Assembly (NCBI RefSeq): GCF_006345805.1
Contig: NC_043000.1
Coordinates: 89,342,001-89,406,000 of the forward strand
Direction: 5' to 3'
DNA: 64,000 nt
Source of the DNA: Octopus sinensis
Taxonomy: Eukaryota
Shown: positions 27,344 through 42,229 of the stretch, piece after piece
How positions within the stretch are numbered: the first letter of the stretch is position 1
How the letters are laid out: the number at the start of each line of letters is the position of its first letter
Position numbers and translations under genes: made by a program
The notes under the pieces: generated by a model
What the model was told of the DNA's origin: nothing
Databases searched by the model: none
The model's input: only the letters and a program-made list of their open reading frames with translations

Positions 27344-27493
27344 TTGGACAGGCTTGTTGATTGCAGGCTTTTTTCTCGGTAGTATTTCCATAACATTTTT
27401 TGAGAAGACATGTTCGGGTGCGGTTTTTAAACCCAGTGTTGCAGGAAGCCGTACATGGACTCCAGGGGGTCCAATTACCAAATTGGCGTTTAG
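27344..27493 (-). CDS. Exon 8: thrombospondin type-1 repeat 2 (150 nt)
   Basis: Acceptor ttaccag|CT. Translation [50 protein letters not shown]. Donor A|GTAAGT. Confidence 0.93.
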
Positions 27494-28737
27494 CTGGTAA
27501 AAACAAATTTTAGTCTCAATTATTTTTTTTAAATTTAAATTATGTTTCTGTTTGATATTTGAAATGTGTCTATAAAAGAAACCGATGCGTTTAGTGTCAC
27601 TATCCATCCTCTCTACCTACTGCAAATAGATACGCGATTGTATTCCCTTCGACTTAATCCCTATCGTTTTAAAATAGGAAATGCTTATATCTAGATAACT
27701 TTACACAAACACGCACACACATCATATATGTATGTATGTGTGTATGTATGCATGTAAGTATGTATGTATGCATGCATGCAAGTATGCATGCATGCATGTA
27801 TGTATGTATGTATGTATGCATGTATTTTGTTTTATGTATGTATGCGTGAATATACATATATACTAGATTACTACTCAGCGGAATTTTTTCCAGTTTGTAG
27901 AATGGGAATTTATGGTACTTATGCATGTATATATATTTAACTTAATTTCTGGACTTATTTAACTGGAGCTAACCAATTGATCAGTGCTTAATTTTGTACG
28001 TAATGTTATGATAAGAAAATTAAATCAAAGTAACAAAGAAATTACAAATGTCAAATGAATGAAATAGAATAGAATCTGAAATGATGAAACTATAAGTAAT
28101 CTACACAAAAAAGATTTTTCTCTATGTCAGTGTGTGAGTACATCAGAAAGTCGGCGTTCTTTTTCTTCTTATAGAGTGATAGAGAGTGAGCGCGAAGATT
28201 ATGTCTGTGTGTATCTGTCGCAGATAGCGTACTTGCGTTTGAGTTGACTCACACGCCATGATTTTCATTATATGTGTGTGTATTCTCTATGTGAGTTTGC
28301 TGACGTCACGGAAGCCATATTTTTTCGTCAAGAAATAACAAAGCATGTGTTTAATCGTTATCATTAATAAATAGAGGTCCAAATATCATGAAACCTCAAA
28401 CTACATTGCATAAAGTAAGTATGAAAATATATATGTAAAAGAAATTGAGATAAAATGTACTATTTGTGAAATATTTCGGGAGCTAACAACATTTATAGTT
28501 TTAGTATTATTAAGATATATATATATATATATATGCATGCATGTGATGGCTCTTTTGTTGAAGATGGTGTATAAGCTTTGAATTCTTGGTGGTTACTATT
28601 ACATTATTTGATTAATAGATTGTGAGTATCGTTGGTTGTCATTCGAAGTACGCCGTTAGCCATATACATGCAGGAGTGGTACTGAGCTAATGGTCTGGCT
28701 CATAAAAGTCCCTACTACTTGAATTCTGTATATTCAT

Positions 28738-28802
<65 letters not shown>

Positions 28803-28862
28803 AACATGTACACGCGCGTGTGTGTGAGAGTGTGTATGTGTGTGTATATGTCTGTGCGTGTA

Positions 28863-28915
<53 letters not shown>

Positions 28916-30104
28916 CAGGTAAGCCAGATAAAGAAATAGTATGCTCATGGCGGAAACGCCTGTAATTATAGTTTCTCTCGACAATGACTGCCTTAGGCCT
29001 CAACACCACCAAGCACCTCATCAGGTATTGATAGAAGTTAACCTGTTTCTGGCGAGGATTGAAAGCTCTACTGCTCCTATTTAAACAAGGTCAATGAAGG
29101 CGGAATTTCAGAATGGAAGAAGAAGAAGAAAAAGATGAAGAAGAAGAAGTTGAGAGGTATTGCTTTTTGGTTGTATTTACTTCTGTATGATCATATTATT
29201 ATGGAAACAAAAAAGTTGCTGTGCATACACTAAGTCAGATTATATGCTCAAATCATTATACAATGTAAGACAATAGTATTTTGTTTGCTGAATAGAAACA
29301 CACCCCTCTCTCCTTTACATCTTTAATATTGAATCATCTTACTTTCAGAAAATATAAAAGAAAAATAAGCAATGCATTAATAAAAGCTTTAAAAATATTA
29401 ATCATGTGATATGAAGCCATCGTAAACACGTAATATATTTAGAAAACAGTTCAGATTTTGATGAATTGTATTCACAGTATCGATCAGATAAGGACATTAT
29501 ATTAAATTGATACTTATTTCTTACGTAAGCAGAAAGGTCTAAATATGTTTATACCGACGTTATATAATCTCAAAAAAGAAAGTGAATAATTCTTCAACTA
29601 CAGATGATGCACAAACGCACATTCAATCACACACATAAACATACAAATATATGCGTGTATGTATGTGTATGTATATATATATACATGCATACATACATGC
29701 ATACAGACATATTTGCTATGTAGACAGTCCCACTGCGTGGCATCTTCGGCAAGTGTCTTCTGCGATAGCCCCGGGTCGACCAATGCCTTGTGAGTGGATT
29801 TGGTAGACGGAAACTGAAAGAAGCCTGTCGTATATATGTATATATATATGTATGTGTGTGTATGTGTTTGTGTGTCTGTGTTTGTCTCCCTAGCATTGCT
29901 TGACAACCGATGCTGGTGTGTTTACGTCCCCGTCACTTAGCGGTTCGGCAAAAGAGACCGATAGAATAAGTACTGGGCTTACAAAGAATAAGTCCCGGGG
30001 TCCGTTTTCATCGACTAAAGGCGATGCTCCAGCATGGCCGCAGTCAAATGACTGAAACAAGTAAAAGAGTATATATATATATATATATATATAGATAGAT
30101 AGAT

Positions 30105-30149
<45 letters not shown>

Positions 30150-30157
30150 ATTATATG

Positions 30158-30188
<31 letters not shown>

Positions 30189-30204
30189 GGAGAGAGAGAG
30201 AGAG

Positions 30205-30238
<34 letters not shown>

Positions 30239-30521
30239 CTTTGTTTCAGCTCAGAGCTGCGGCCATGCTTATACACCGCCGTTAAATATAGATTATATAT
30301 ATATATATATGAATTTATATATATATAATTGTTATATATGTATATTATTGATATATATATATATTTCGCTTTGGGATTTGGTTTCCAAGATTCTTCATGT
30401 GAGTTTGTGTTTTGAAGCATATTCTGTTGTGTCTGGGGGAGAGTCATTTCTTTTCGTGCCTTATAATTTAACACAGGAAACAAAATTATTCTCTTCTACA
30501 CGGGTAGAAATATAGGAAAAT

Positions 30522-31287
30522 TAAAAGTTGGAAATGCTCTGAAATAGCTCAAATATTTTTTATTTATACACTTGAAGCTTTAACCGATTTCACAGTTTAC
30601 ACTGATTTTGAAAAATTTCAAATAAAAAGACTACTTCGACAACAAAATAATCCAACTAAAGAATTTAAGTTTTCCCTCCGACTGGACCGAACTTTCCTCA
30701 AAACCGGAGTTATCCACTACATACAAACGACTCCTGTCTACTCTGCCCCAGACAGATTAAATGTGGTGTGCCTTCATTATAACTAAAGATGTTACTCAAC
30801 CGAGTCGACCTTCTTTCTAGCCGCAAAATAGGCTGTCACGTGATGCTAACGCACGGACGTAGCGGGAAACCTACAGATGGTTATAAACTTAATCATGTGT
30901 TCATCCTCTACAGACGGAGAACATTCAAAACATTGATTGTTTGGAAATGTTCAGTCAACCGTATCAGCCTTCACTTACGACCCCAAACATTGTCACTTGA
31001 TACCAACACACGGGCGAATCGCAAAGACCGACAAATATGTCTAATCCCATTCTTGTGACTATCCTCTACCGATCAAATCCTATTCAGTACATATACTAAT
31101 TCGAGCCAAAAAACTCCCTATAAAAATAGGGCAAGCTTCAAACTGTGGTCAGAAGCAAGGCAGCTTCGACATAAACTGTCTTTCTATTTGAACTTTTTGA
31201 AAGTTAGTGTAGACTGTGAAACCGGTTAAAGTTTTAAATATATGAATTTAAAATATTTTTACTTTTCTCAGTACATTTTCAACTTCT
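30522..31287. mobile_element. Non-autonomous DNA element with ~115-125-bp imperfect TIRs
   Basis: aagttggaaatg...tttaaccgatttcacagtttacact...tcaaataaaaagac pairs with gtctttctatttgaa...agtgtagactgtgaaaccggttaaa...cattttcaactt. Confidence 0.65.
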
Positions 31288-31288
31288 A

Positions 31289-31344
<56 letters not shown>

Positions 31345-31634
31345 GAAGGAAAATGCACAGGAATTTCATGTTGGAAAAAATTTGTTCATAGAATGAAAGC
31401 TTACGGTAGCATGAAATCATAACATTAGCACCGACTATTTGGGATATGATTAGCATAAGCAAAACTGGTTGACTATGTAAATGATTTATTTCATAAATAT
31501 GTTTTCCAACGAAAATTATCTGCATTTTCCTTCTTTTTCTATTTTTTGCTACATTTCTACACAAGAAATTTTTCCCGCAACTTCTCACTATATATTTATA
31601 GATAAATACATTATACATCCATACATCCATTCAT

Positions 31635-31736
<102 letters not shown>

Positions 31737-32260
31737 CGTATTCATGTCTTTGTGTATGTATGTATGCTTTGTCGGCATACTACTAAGGACATACCCAAAA
31801 CGCTGTTTAAATTTTAAAGTTAGAATTAATCTTTAATTTTAACTTATGCATACATATATGTGCGTGTATCGTGGCACTCCGTCGGTTACAACGACGAGTG
31901 TTTCCAGTTAATCCAATCAACGGAACAGCCTATTCATGAAATTAGCGTGCACGTGGCTGAGCACTCCACAGACACGTGTACTTTTAACGTAGTTCTCGAG
32001 GAGATTCAGCGTGAGACAGTGTATGACAAGACTGGCCCTTTCAAATACAGGTACAATGGAAACAGTTAGAAAGAGTGGGAGAAAGTTGTGGTGAAATAGT
32101 ACAGCAGGGTTCGCTACAACACCTTACCAGAGCTTCGTAGAGCCTTGGGTGTTTTCGCTCAATAAACTCTCACAACGCCCGGTCTGGGAATCGAATCTAC
32201 GATCTTACGACCGCGAGTCCAATGCCCTAACCACTGGGCCATTGCGCCTCCACGAGTGTG

Positions 32261-32565
32261 TATACAGTCAAAAGGAGAAAAGAAAATGGGGGTTAGGAAG
32301 TTAACAATTGTTCATTATTAACAAATTGGTCATCTTTGCTTCTAACGGCCGTTTCAATTATTACTCAATAATTTAATTAAAAATGTGTACATTAAATTTG
32401 CATATATGTGATATGACCATAATTTCAACAGAAATAAAAAAAGGTGTACCTTGAGATGTTATATGCGGTCCTATCAATTCATTTCAGTAGGAAATTACCA
32501 ATTTGTAAATTATAAATAAGTGTTAACTTCCTAACCTCCGTTTTCTTCTTTTTACTGGCTATATA
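32261..32565. repeat. Inverted-repeat block
   Basis: agaaaatgggggttaggaagttaaca pairs with tgttaacttcctaacctccgttttct. Confidence 0.65.
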
Positions 32566-33028
32566 CTATATGCTTAATATATACCGATTGTTTGAAAGGA
32601 ATTTCATTCTCCAACACTACTAGGTATTGAACCAGTATTTCCATGAATGGAACCATCCCTTCACGAGGATAACATAACCTTTAATTGATTTTAAATGTAT
32701 ATATTCTTACACACATAAATACATATATATACATACATATATATATACATACATACATACATACATACATACATTCATACATACATACATACATACATAC
32801 ATACATGCATACATACATACATACATACATGCATACATATAACGGTGATGTAGAAACTCGTGTTCAGTGTCAGCCGCACTTTAATGCTACCAGGAACGAG
32901 ACATTTCTTAGCTTCCCAATGCTGGATAATAATAAACCAAAAAGTAATATAGAAATAATTCGTTGGTGGATGTAGGAAACGATGTTAATAAAAGAACTGC
33001 TGATGTATTAGAATCACTTCTATATTAC

Positions 33029-33256
33029 CTGTACATGTTTGTGTATGAAGCTTGTCTTGGATTTTCTTTAATTCGTTGAAGTTTCCTACAGTTGAAACCA
33101 TATCAGGGGTAGAGGCGATAGAATTCAGTTCGTTACGATTAATGCCTTTACCAATCCCAATGGCAAATACTTGTATGTTTGTTCCGTGGATAAGGTCGCC
33201 TCACGTTTTGTAAATGCTCTATTACTCGATTGTCCATCTGTTAGCACAACAACAAC
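33029..33256 (-). CDS. Exon 7: VWA domain 2, C-terminal part (228 nt; 1-bp deletion at ~33197)
   Basis: Acceptor ttgttag|GTT and donor G|GTAAT. Paralogue of exon 3 but 1 nt shorter (GAGGCGACC vs GAGGCGGACC). The restored frame reads VVVVLTDGQSS...HTQTCT. Confidence 0.88.
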
Positions 33257-35158
33257 CTAACAATTCAAAAGGTAAACCATTAATATTCCAGCTTCAACTT
33301 TAGGACTATTTTACCATTAATATTCCAATACAAAACTTAACTCATTAATATTTGAGCTTCTAACTTTAGGGTTATTGGTTTCATCTCTTTGTACCTATGT
33401 TCTAGTAAATTGCAGTTTCTTCTAATTTGTTTAGTAATTTGGTTGAGATAGATTTGCTTCTTTGTGTACTAGTTACTCTGAATATGAAATCTACCAATTC
33501 TTCAACTGCATCGGGTTTGAGACGTGAGACCATGAAATTGATACGAAGCAGAATTTGCATCTAAAGTACGAGGTATTTTTCATCTTAGAAACAATTCTTT
33601 CAGATTTAGAGACATTTAGATCTACCTATATTTTTATAAGAAAAGCCATTATCAATTCAGTGTTTTAATTATATTTTCTCCCTTTGTTTTGTTTTACTAA
33701 CTGGCACCATCGGTGCTTGATAACAGATGCGAGAAGAAAGAAGTGTTGAAACCAGGCCGCTGTTTTCACAAATTATTTCACTTCTAGACTGTAAAGTCAA
33801 GAATAATATGATGAAAAGCGCTGCTCAAATACTAAAATAAACCATAGATAGTTTAAAAATAAATGTCGTCGATACATTTGTGAATTAACTACAGTGTCAA
33901 ATATTTCATTTTCGATTCAAACATTTAAAGATGGAAAAAGTGGCTACATAAAACAAAGATTACCACACGCTTGCAGATATATGTACATGAAATGAACACA
34001 ATCTGGTACAAAGAATCGTTGCGTTCTCTCTACCGTCTTAGAAATACAAATACATTAGATAATTATACAGTTTAGACTTTTTTTATATATCTGAAAATAA
34101 GAGAAAGAATCATGGCTGTCATGCCTTATATCTACAAGATTAAAGGTTATCTGCACCTAAACAACACTAGCAACAACATTTTTGTATAGCGTGTTTTACC
34201 ACTTCTACTCTTTGCAGTTATTATATTAATGTTTCTATGAGTAGTATCCACCAATTAAACAATTCAGGCAATTCACTAATGAAGACTAGAGAGGGACCTT
34301 CAATGAACTAGAGAGGGACCTTCAGGAACTATGTTATCAAGAAGACTAGTTAACGGATTTTTCTTGATTCTTACTTTTTTTAAGGCCTTTGGTACTTCTT
34401 CACTTAGACAAAAAACGTGATTGATCAAAATCATAAAACCAGAGCTTAACCCGTTTTCCTTGGCGTGTAAGTGAACGCATTTACAACTGAGTGTACTGGA
34501 GCTGAGTAAAATGAATTGATCTGATCAAGATTCCCTGTCAGGAAATCGCTATTTTATGATTGTAAGTGCAATTTCCTAACCTCTTGGACACGTTCGTAGG
34601 AGATAAAGCGCCAAGGACAATAAAAACAACATAATAAGATAATTATTCTAAGCACTATTGTAGTCGTTATGTATTCAAAGTGTAAAAATAAAATAAATGC
34701 GCCCTTTTAAAGCCTAGCCTGGCTCTTGAGCCCGGCTTCCCAGTTTCTATGACGTATGTGTTCCCAGCTGGACGGGACGCCAGTCCATCGCAGCGTTACT
34801 CATTTTTGCCAGCTGAGTGGACTGGAGCAACGTGAAATGAAATGTTTTGCTCAAGAACACAACGCGTTGCCCGGTCCAGGAATCGAAACCACAATCTTAC
34901 GATCATGATGTTGACACCCTAACCACTAAGTCATGCGCCTCTACGTATTCAAAGTGTAATTACTTAATATTCGAGAACAACTTTGAAAGTTTACTTTGCA
35001 AAAAATTCGAAACAACAGAATATTCCTAATGGCTATAAATGGGAAACTCGACTTTGAAACAGCATTGGACATTAGGTTTCCACATTAAGGCAAGATATAC
35101 GACAAAAAGATGAATAAACATTGGAAATATAAAAATGAGAATAAGTTAAATTTCTTAC

Positions 35159-35499
35159 CTGCGTGACATTTGTACGCCCACCGTTCTGTGGAGAGAAACC
35201 TTTTGTTCTGGCAAACGCCAAAACTTTGTCAGTTGAAGTTCCTCCGCCATGATAAGGAATATTATTAATTGCATTTTTAAGAGCTTGTTTGTTATATATT
35301 TGGTTAAGTTTAATTTTTGGCATCACAGTGTTATCAAACGTCGTTACTCCAACTTGAACTCGTTTAGCACTAATTTCAAAGCTATCAACAAAACTGCTCA
35401 CAAATCGAAGAGTTGTCTTGAAATTGGCAGCACCGACACTTCCGGATGAATCCACCAAGAAGAGAATATCAAGAGGATTGTCTTTACAGTCTAGGATAA
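35159..35499 (-). CDS. Exon 6: VWA domain 2, N-terminal part (341 nt)
   Basis: Acceptor ttttctgtag|TT. Translation VILDCKDNPLDILFLVDSSGSVG...NVTQ. Donor CAG|GTAAG. Same length as exon 2 and ~82% aa identical by hand count. Confidence 0.93.
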
Positions 35500-36204
35500 C
35501 TACAGAAAAGAATGAAAGTGTTAAATTTAGTATGTATGTATGTATGTATGTATGTATGTATGTATGTATGTATGTATGTATGTATGTATGTATGTATGTA
35601 TGTATGTATGTATGTATGTATGTATGTATCTGGCCCTCTAAGTGTAAGCCGTTTATAAGTGATATCACGAAAGATAAAATATGTGCACCCGATACCTATA
35701 GAAGAGTAAAAAATATGTTTCCATAATTCCGTGATAACTTAGACGGATTTTGGCCTTTATTGACCCAGGATATGTCCCACATAAGAGCAGTGCTTGAAGT
35801 TGCCTTTTAAGTCATGTTTTAAGATATCACAGCACAACCCACGCAAATAGACATATATTTGTAGAGATATATCCGAGTATTGATAGTTTGTCTAGTATTT
35901 CTTGGAGCAATTTACCTAGATGCCATTTGAATATCATGGTATTTTTTCTTCTATAATTTCTTTCGGAATAATGCTTTGTTAGGGTAATAAAAAGCATACA
36001 AGCGATAGAATTGTTCAATTATTTTACTGGTATTTAACATTTTCAGTACTAAAAGTCGGAGATAAAGTGAACACCCGAGGTTTTTAACAGATAATATGAG
36101 AAAAGTAAAACAAAATTACTATATTGTTTAGAATTAGCCTTAAGTTCTATAATTACCTATCAATTCGCCTACACATCTTGGTCATATAATATTTGTTTAC
36201 TTAC

Positions 36205-36231
36205 CTGGCGGCTTTGTTGTTGGGGGTATGG
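36205..36231 (-). CDS. Exon 5: 27-nt Pro/Thr linker micro-exon (TIPPTTKPP)
   Basis: gtattgcag|CCATACCCCCAACAACAAAGCCGCCAG|GTAAGT. Symmetric phase 1-1. Paralogous in size and position to exon 9. Confidence 0.85.
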
Positions 36232-38713
36232 CTGCAATACAAAATTTCAAATAATTAATAAGTTGTATCGTATGATGGTAATCGATCTTTTGATCGAACT
36301 GTATAAATTAAATTTCTAGTATTTTTTTTGGCGGGGGGGTTAAATCTCTTACTGATAGTATCTGTCGGTCAGGTCTTCTGATAGAAGTGATGCTGAATAT
36401 TTCCTTTCCTGTTTTATTCTTTTGTATTTTATTTTTCGGCGACAGGAGATGCAATTTTACCTTAAAACTCAATCTCTGAATTAATACCATGAGATGCCTT
36501 GATCGGCTGTCATACAAATTTGCTAATCCTCTACTCTTCGATTGGTACTTTATATATCGAACTCGAAAGAAATGAAAGACAAAGTTTACCTCAAATGACT
36601 TTGAACTCAGAACTCAGTCTCGAAACTGATAACACAAGACTGACACAATTTCACCAATTCTTCATCGTCGATTATTTCTATAAATATCAGGTCCGAAAGG
36701 AATGAAGAATAAAGTTCACCTCGGTGAGATATGAACCAAGAGCAAAGAGGATAAAAACAAACGCCACAAATCATTCTACCTGATGCTCTAACGACCCTGC
36801 TAATTCAAAAACGAAAAATAAGGCCCGTCGGCAACCTTCACGGATTCCATGATATATATATTTCCTCTTCAACAGAACACAGTTTCGTCGTACGTTGCTC
36901 ATTTTTGCCAGTTGAGTGGATAGAAGCAATATGAAGCGAGATATTTCACTTAAGAACACAATGCATCGTCCGACCCAGAAATCGAAACCACAGTCGCGCC
37001 ATCATGTGTACAGCACCTTAATCACTAAATCACGTGCCTCCATTCGTCGCCAATTAGTTATAAAATATGTCATCAGCTTAAAATTACCTAGAATTCGAAA
37101 GAATCTAAATGTAGGGACTTTACCTACTACAAAGAGTAGTTAAATCACCCTAAGATCACAACTCTAGCAACTAAAAACAATTGATTTTATAATAGATAGT
37201 TTAGCACAAGATATCTCTACTGTAACTGGAATGATTTTGATCATAATGCTTACATAATGCAGGATGGACTGGTGTTAAATAGCAACAACAAAAACTAAGG
37301 TTTTTTTTCCCCAAGATATCTTTGGTCAATAAGGAATTCTTACATAACCACAAAGACCACCGATTCCATTTCATACTTTATGTGTATTTCAGTAACGGCA
37401 AACTAACATGTAAGTCCCGATGAGATCCCCTGACTAGCTAAAAGTAGCCGCCAAAATTCCATAAAATCGCACGTTACCTTTCTGAAAGGCGAAGACATTT
37501 GGGATGATGCATTCTTCGATGCATTCTCCCTCATAAACGAACAAGGTGTTTTTTTTCATGGCAGGTATTCTTAATGTGAACTGATACTCATTTGTATGAG
37601 GTGATAGAATAATTATCTTTCCTTCTTTGTATGACACTATAAAATAATAGTATCATTTGTTCATTTCTCTTACCCATTAGAGTAATAGTAATGTTTTACT
37701 AATTTGTATGAACCTGCAAGATAGTATTGTTTCATATTTCTATGACGCAATTAGATGAATGTATTGTTTGATCTTTTATATGATGCTTAAAAATAGTATT
37801 GTCACTCGAATATTTGTATAACGCTATATTGATTTCAAATTTTGGTACAAGCCCAGTAATTTCGAGCGATGGAATAAGTCGATTACATCGATCCCAGGGC
37901 TCAACTGATAATTATTTTATCGATCTCGAAATGATTAAATGCAAGTCTCCTCAGCGGAGTTTAAACTCAGAAAGTAAAGACGGACGAAATGCTGCTAAGC
38001 ATTTTGAGCGGCGTGTTGACGATTCTGCCAGCATGCCGCCTTTATATAGTATAATAATATTAGTTTCAAATGTTGGTACAAGGCCAAATATTTCGAGGGA
38101 GATGATGACATCGTGTCCAGTGCTTTACAGGTACTTATTTTATCGAACTCCAAAGGGATGAAAAGCAAAGTCGACCTCGGCGGAATTTGAACTCGAAACG
38201 TAATGCTGTTAAACAATTTACCCAGCGTGCTAACGATTCTGCCAGTTCGCAGCCTTTGATTTGATTGATAATTTGTAAGACACTATAAATTATTGTTTGT
38301 ACGATACTATAACATAATACTTTTGTTTGATCATATGTATGAAGCTAAAGTTAATGTTATTGCTTGCTAAATTATATGACGTTATAAGATAATAAATATT
38401 ATTTACTCATAACGCTGTAATATAATAGTATTTACTCATTTTGTATGAGGATAAAAGACAATAACAGTTTTTGTTCTGGGAAGAAATTACAAAGCGAATC
38501 AAAAGTAATCTCGGCAAGATATATGAAAAGTCGGCCATCATTAATACCATACCTGTTTGTCGTTTGATTTCAAATACTTATTTTACAAAGTTTGTTTTTG
38601 GTATAATAATTAACTCAAGATTTCATATAAATGATAAAAGCAAAACTAATAATTCCCAGGTTATAATATCATAAGTGAATGAATAGTATTAATTCCAATA
38701 AACATTTCCTTAC

Positions 38714-38863
38714 TTGGACAGGGCTGTGCGTTACACGTTTTGTTTTCTTCTGAATTGGCGTAACACTTCGCGAGAAGACAGTGTCGGGTACGCTTTGAAA
38801 CACCTGTTCCGCAAGAAACTGTACAGGCAGACCAAGCACCCCAGTTATCATATTGACGTTTAG
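38714..38863 (-). CDS. Exon 4: thrombospondin type-1 repeat 1 (150 nt)
   Basis: Acceptor tatttag|CT. Translation AKRQYDNWGAWSACTVSCGTGVSKRTRHCLLAKCYANSEENKTCNAQPCP has WxxW, CxxSCxxG, RxR and 6 Cys. Donor A|GTAAG. The ORF track does not show it in this frame. Confidence 0.92.
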
Positions 38864-39557
38864 CTAAATAGAATAGAAGAAATCAACAAAGACATTAGAA
38901 CATATGGCCAAAGTGCAGTGTAGTTCTTTTTCTATTATGAACGAAAGATATACATAAAGGGTGAGTGAATGAATGGGAAACAAAAATCATTTAAAATACC
39001 TTCATTGATTTAATTGCAAATGTTTGTTTATTGCAGTATCATTGAGGATGTTGGTGATACACCCACACATACATATATACACACATATATATACATATAT
39101 ACATAAATGTATGTGTGTGCGCGCATGTGTGTGCGCGCATGTGTGTGTGCGTGTGTGTTTTATAGCGTAAATATGTCCTAAGCAGCTCATCTCTCTTCGA
39201 GAAGAGATAATGTATAATTAAGACAATAATGCATGCTAATGAAACATCTTAAAACTCTACAACTCTCCCAGTTTAATGAATTACATAAATATAAGAGCGT
39301 AGTTACGATTAGTTGAATCAAATTAAGTTATGTGAAAGCCTTTAACTCGAGCAGAGCAATTAGACAAACCCGATAGAGAGACATAGCCGTACAGGGTGTA
39401 TTGTTTTACTCAGAAACTACTGTAATGGCAATCACAACGTGTCCAGCGTATTTGATCGTCGAACGGGTGAAGGTATTTTTAAATATTCACTGAGTGATAA
39501 GGAAAACGTGAGGTCAACACAAGAAAGACTCTTATTTTGAAATTAGCTTCAATTCAC

Positions 39558-39786
39558 CTGTGCAAGTTTGTGTATGCAACTTGTCTTGGATTTTCCGTAA
39601 CTCGTTGAAGTTTCCGACGGTTGAAACCATATCTGGTGTAGAAGCTATAGATTTAAGTTCGGTCTGGTCAACACCTTTGCCAATTCCAATTGCAAATACT
39701 TGTATGTTTGTTTGATGTATCAGGTCCGCCTCATGTTTTGTCGATACCTTGTTACCTGATCTTCCGTCTGTAAGAACAACAACAAC
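39558..39786 (-). CDS. Exon 3: VWA domain 1, C-terminal part (229 nt)
   Basis: Acceptor ttttcag|GTT. Translation VVVVLTDGRSG...VFAIGIG...HTQTCT. Donor G|GTGAAT, phase 1. Confidence 0.93.
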
Positions 39787-40559
39787 CTGAAAATTCAAAA
39801 TATGGAAACTGGTAAATATATTTGTTATATACGTTGAATATTTAACTGTCTATACATTGATGCGTTGTATAATACCGGTTTCAAACACTGGCATAAAACC
39901 AGCAATTTTGGGGTAGGGCGTAGAACGATCACATCGACCCCATTGCTCCAATGGTACTTGTTTTATGTACCCCGAAAGGATAAAAGGCAAAATCGACCTC
40001 GGCGGAATTTGAACCCAAAACGTAAAGATGGACGAAAAATCAGTTTGCCTGGCACAGTAACAATTCTGTCAGCTAGCATTTTTATACGTTGTATAATATT
40101 ATAGAACAACAGAGTAAATGTATTGCATTTTAAACATAACGGATTCAACTGACATAAATGTATCATGTGACATTTTCCATTATTACAGGACAGATGAAGT
40201 GGGGTTGATTCAGCAGAATTTCAACTCACAAAGTAAAATAACAAGAATTAATTTACAGCAATATTATTGTCCAGATATCTATTCCATCGCTCAACTATCT
40301 GACCTCTTTCAACAGAAAATCTGCTGAGGCCAATTTCTCTTAAGCCTCTAAATTCGTACAATAAGTTCAGATTGACAAATTATTTCATGTTTCCTAAATG
40401 CAACCTCGTACTACTATCGCTGCGAGTCATGATAAATAGATTTACTGTTTCTATATCAACTTATGAATTCAATAAATCCTTGACAGTAAACACCAAAAGA
40501 ATAAGCAGAATATGTAGGGGCGTAAGCAAAAACAATAAGGAAGTCTAACTGTTAACCTT

Positions 40560-40601
<42 letters not shown>

Positions 40602-41033
40602 TTGGTATAAAAGATGGGCTACAGCAAATATTCTGCTCAATACCACAGATTTGCTTGTCAGTTGTTTGACCTTAACCAGTTGAGCATGTCCCTTAGTGGC
40701 TGACGATATGTGCATCTCTGATCGCGAGCAGAAGTAGTGGGGGAGCATCATAGCCATGGTTCTTTCAACATCCTTAAACAACCCTTATTCAGGGACCTTT
40801 TGAGCAGGATGGGCTACTCAACCTGAAGAAAATTCTAACTGGGCCCCACCTGCAAGGTCATGTGCTGTTTATCTTGATATGAGATCACCATGTCGCGCAC
40901 ATATGGTTGTGATGCATGTGCCTGGTGTACCTTTATCAGACGGGTAGTCATGATGGGTATATTGGGCTTCGTATATTTTACCCCAGTGTCACTTTGATGG
41001 TATGCACTGCTCTCTCACTCAATAATAATAATA

Positions 41034-41101
<68 letters not shown>

Positions 41102-41353
41102 GATGATGATGATGATGATGATGACAATAATAATGATAATTCTTTCTCTTAAAGGCACAAGGCCTGAAATTTTGGAGGAAAGGGGTTAGTCGATTACATC
41201 GATTCCACTGTTTTACTGGTGCTTAATTTATCGATCCCGAACGAATGAAACGCAAAGAAGACCTCGATGAACTTTGAACCAAGAATGTAAAGACGGACGA
41301 AACACCGCTAATCATTTTGCCTGGCATGCTAATGATTCTGTCAGCTCGCTCCC

Positions 41354-41398
<45 letters not shown>

Positions 41399-41411
41399 TA
41401 ATAATAATAAT

Positions 41412-41737
41412 AGCAAAAGGGGCTGATAGCTACCTAACTCAGATACCAGGAAACCCAAAAATGGCAGAAATTCAAAAGATAGTGCTCATGGGAACTGCTT
41501 ATATCCTACGCAAAATACTTTCTATGTAATCTCAAGGTTTAAAACAAACTTAATTTTCGGTTTAAAAAAAAATTTTTTTTTAGACATTCATTAGTACAAC
41601 CCCCCCCCCACCACCACCACCAAATATATGGCACACTAGGCATAACAACAACATGAACTTCCAGCCTGTTGTCTCTTGAGGTCTCTGCGTGAGACTTGGA
41701 GCCAACTTGTACAAATATAAAGCAAAAGTCAAACATA

Positions 41738-41781
<44 letters not shown>

Positions 41782-42030
41782 TCAGTTGTGACCGATGAAA
41801 AAGGTAGCAGTAGTAGCAATAATTGTTGGAGCCCTGGGGACAGTGAGCGAAAATCTCGAGAAGTACGTGGAACAAATAGGGGTTGCAAAAAGGGTGGAGC
41901 ACTTGCAGAAAACAGAACTGCTTGGAACCGCTCGAATACTCCGGAAAGTGCTCGAGAAATAAGGGGTGTTACCTTAATTCACTGGTAGTGAACAGCTGAC
42001 ACAGTAGAAGGTGTGCAAAGACAATAGATA
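41412..42030 (+). mobile_element. Two 5'-truncated Dong/R4-like (RLE) retrotransposon 3' ends embedded in (TAA)n
   Basis: IPGNPKMAEIQKIVLMGTAYILRKILSM* and IVVGALGTVSENLEKYVEQIG..VEHLQKTELLGTARILRKVLEK*, each bracketed by TAA repeats. Another TAA-bracketed insert lies at 40601-41020. Confidence 0.7.
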
Positions 42031-42136
42031 ATAATAATAATAATGATTTCTGTTATTGGTCACCAGGGCAAAGGATGAGGAGGACAATACTAAGACAAAC
42101 ATAAAGTGTGGGTGTTTATATATACATATATACATC

Positions 42137-42226
<90 letters not shown>

Positions 42227-42229
42227 GTA

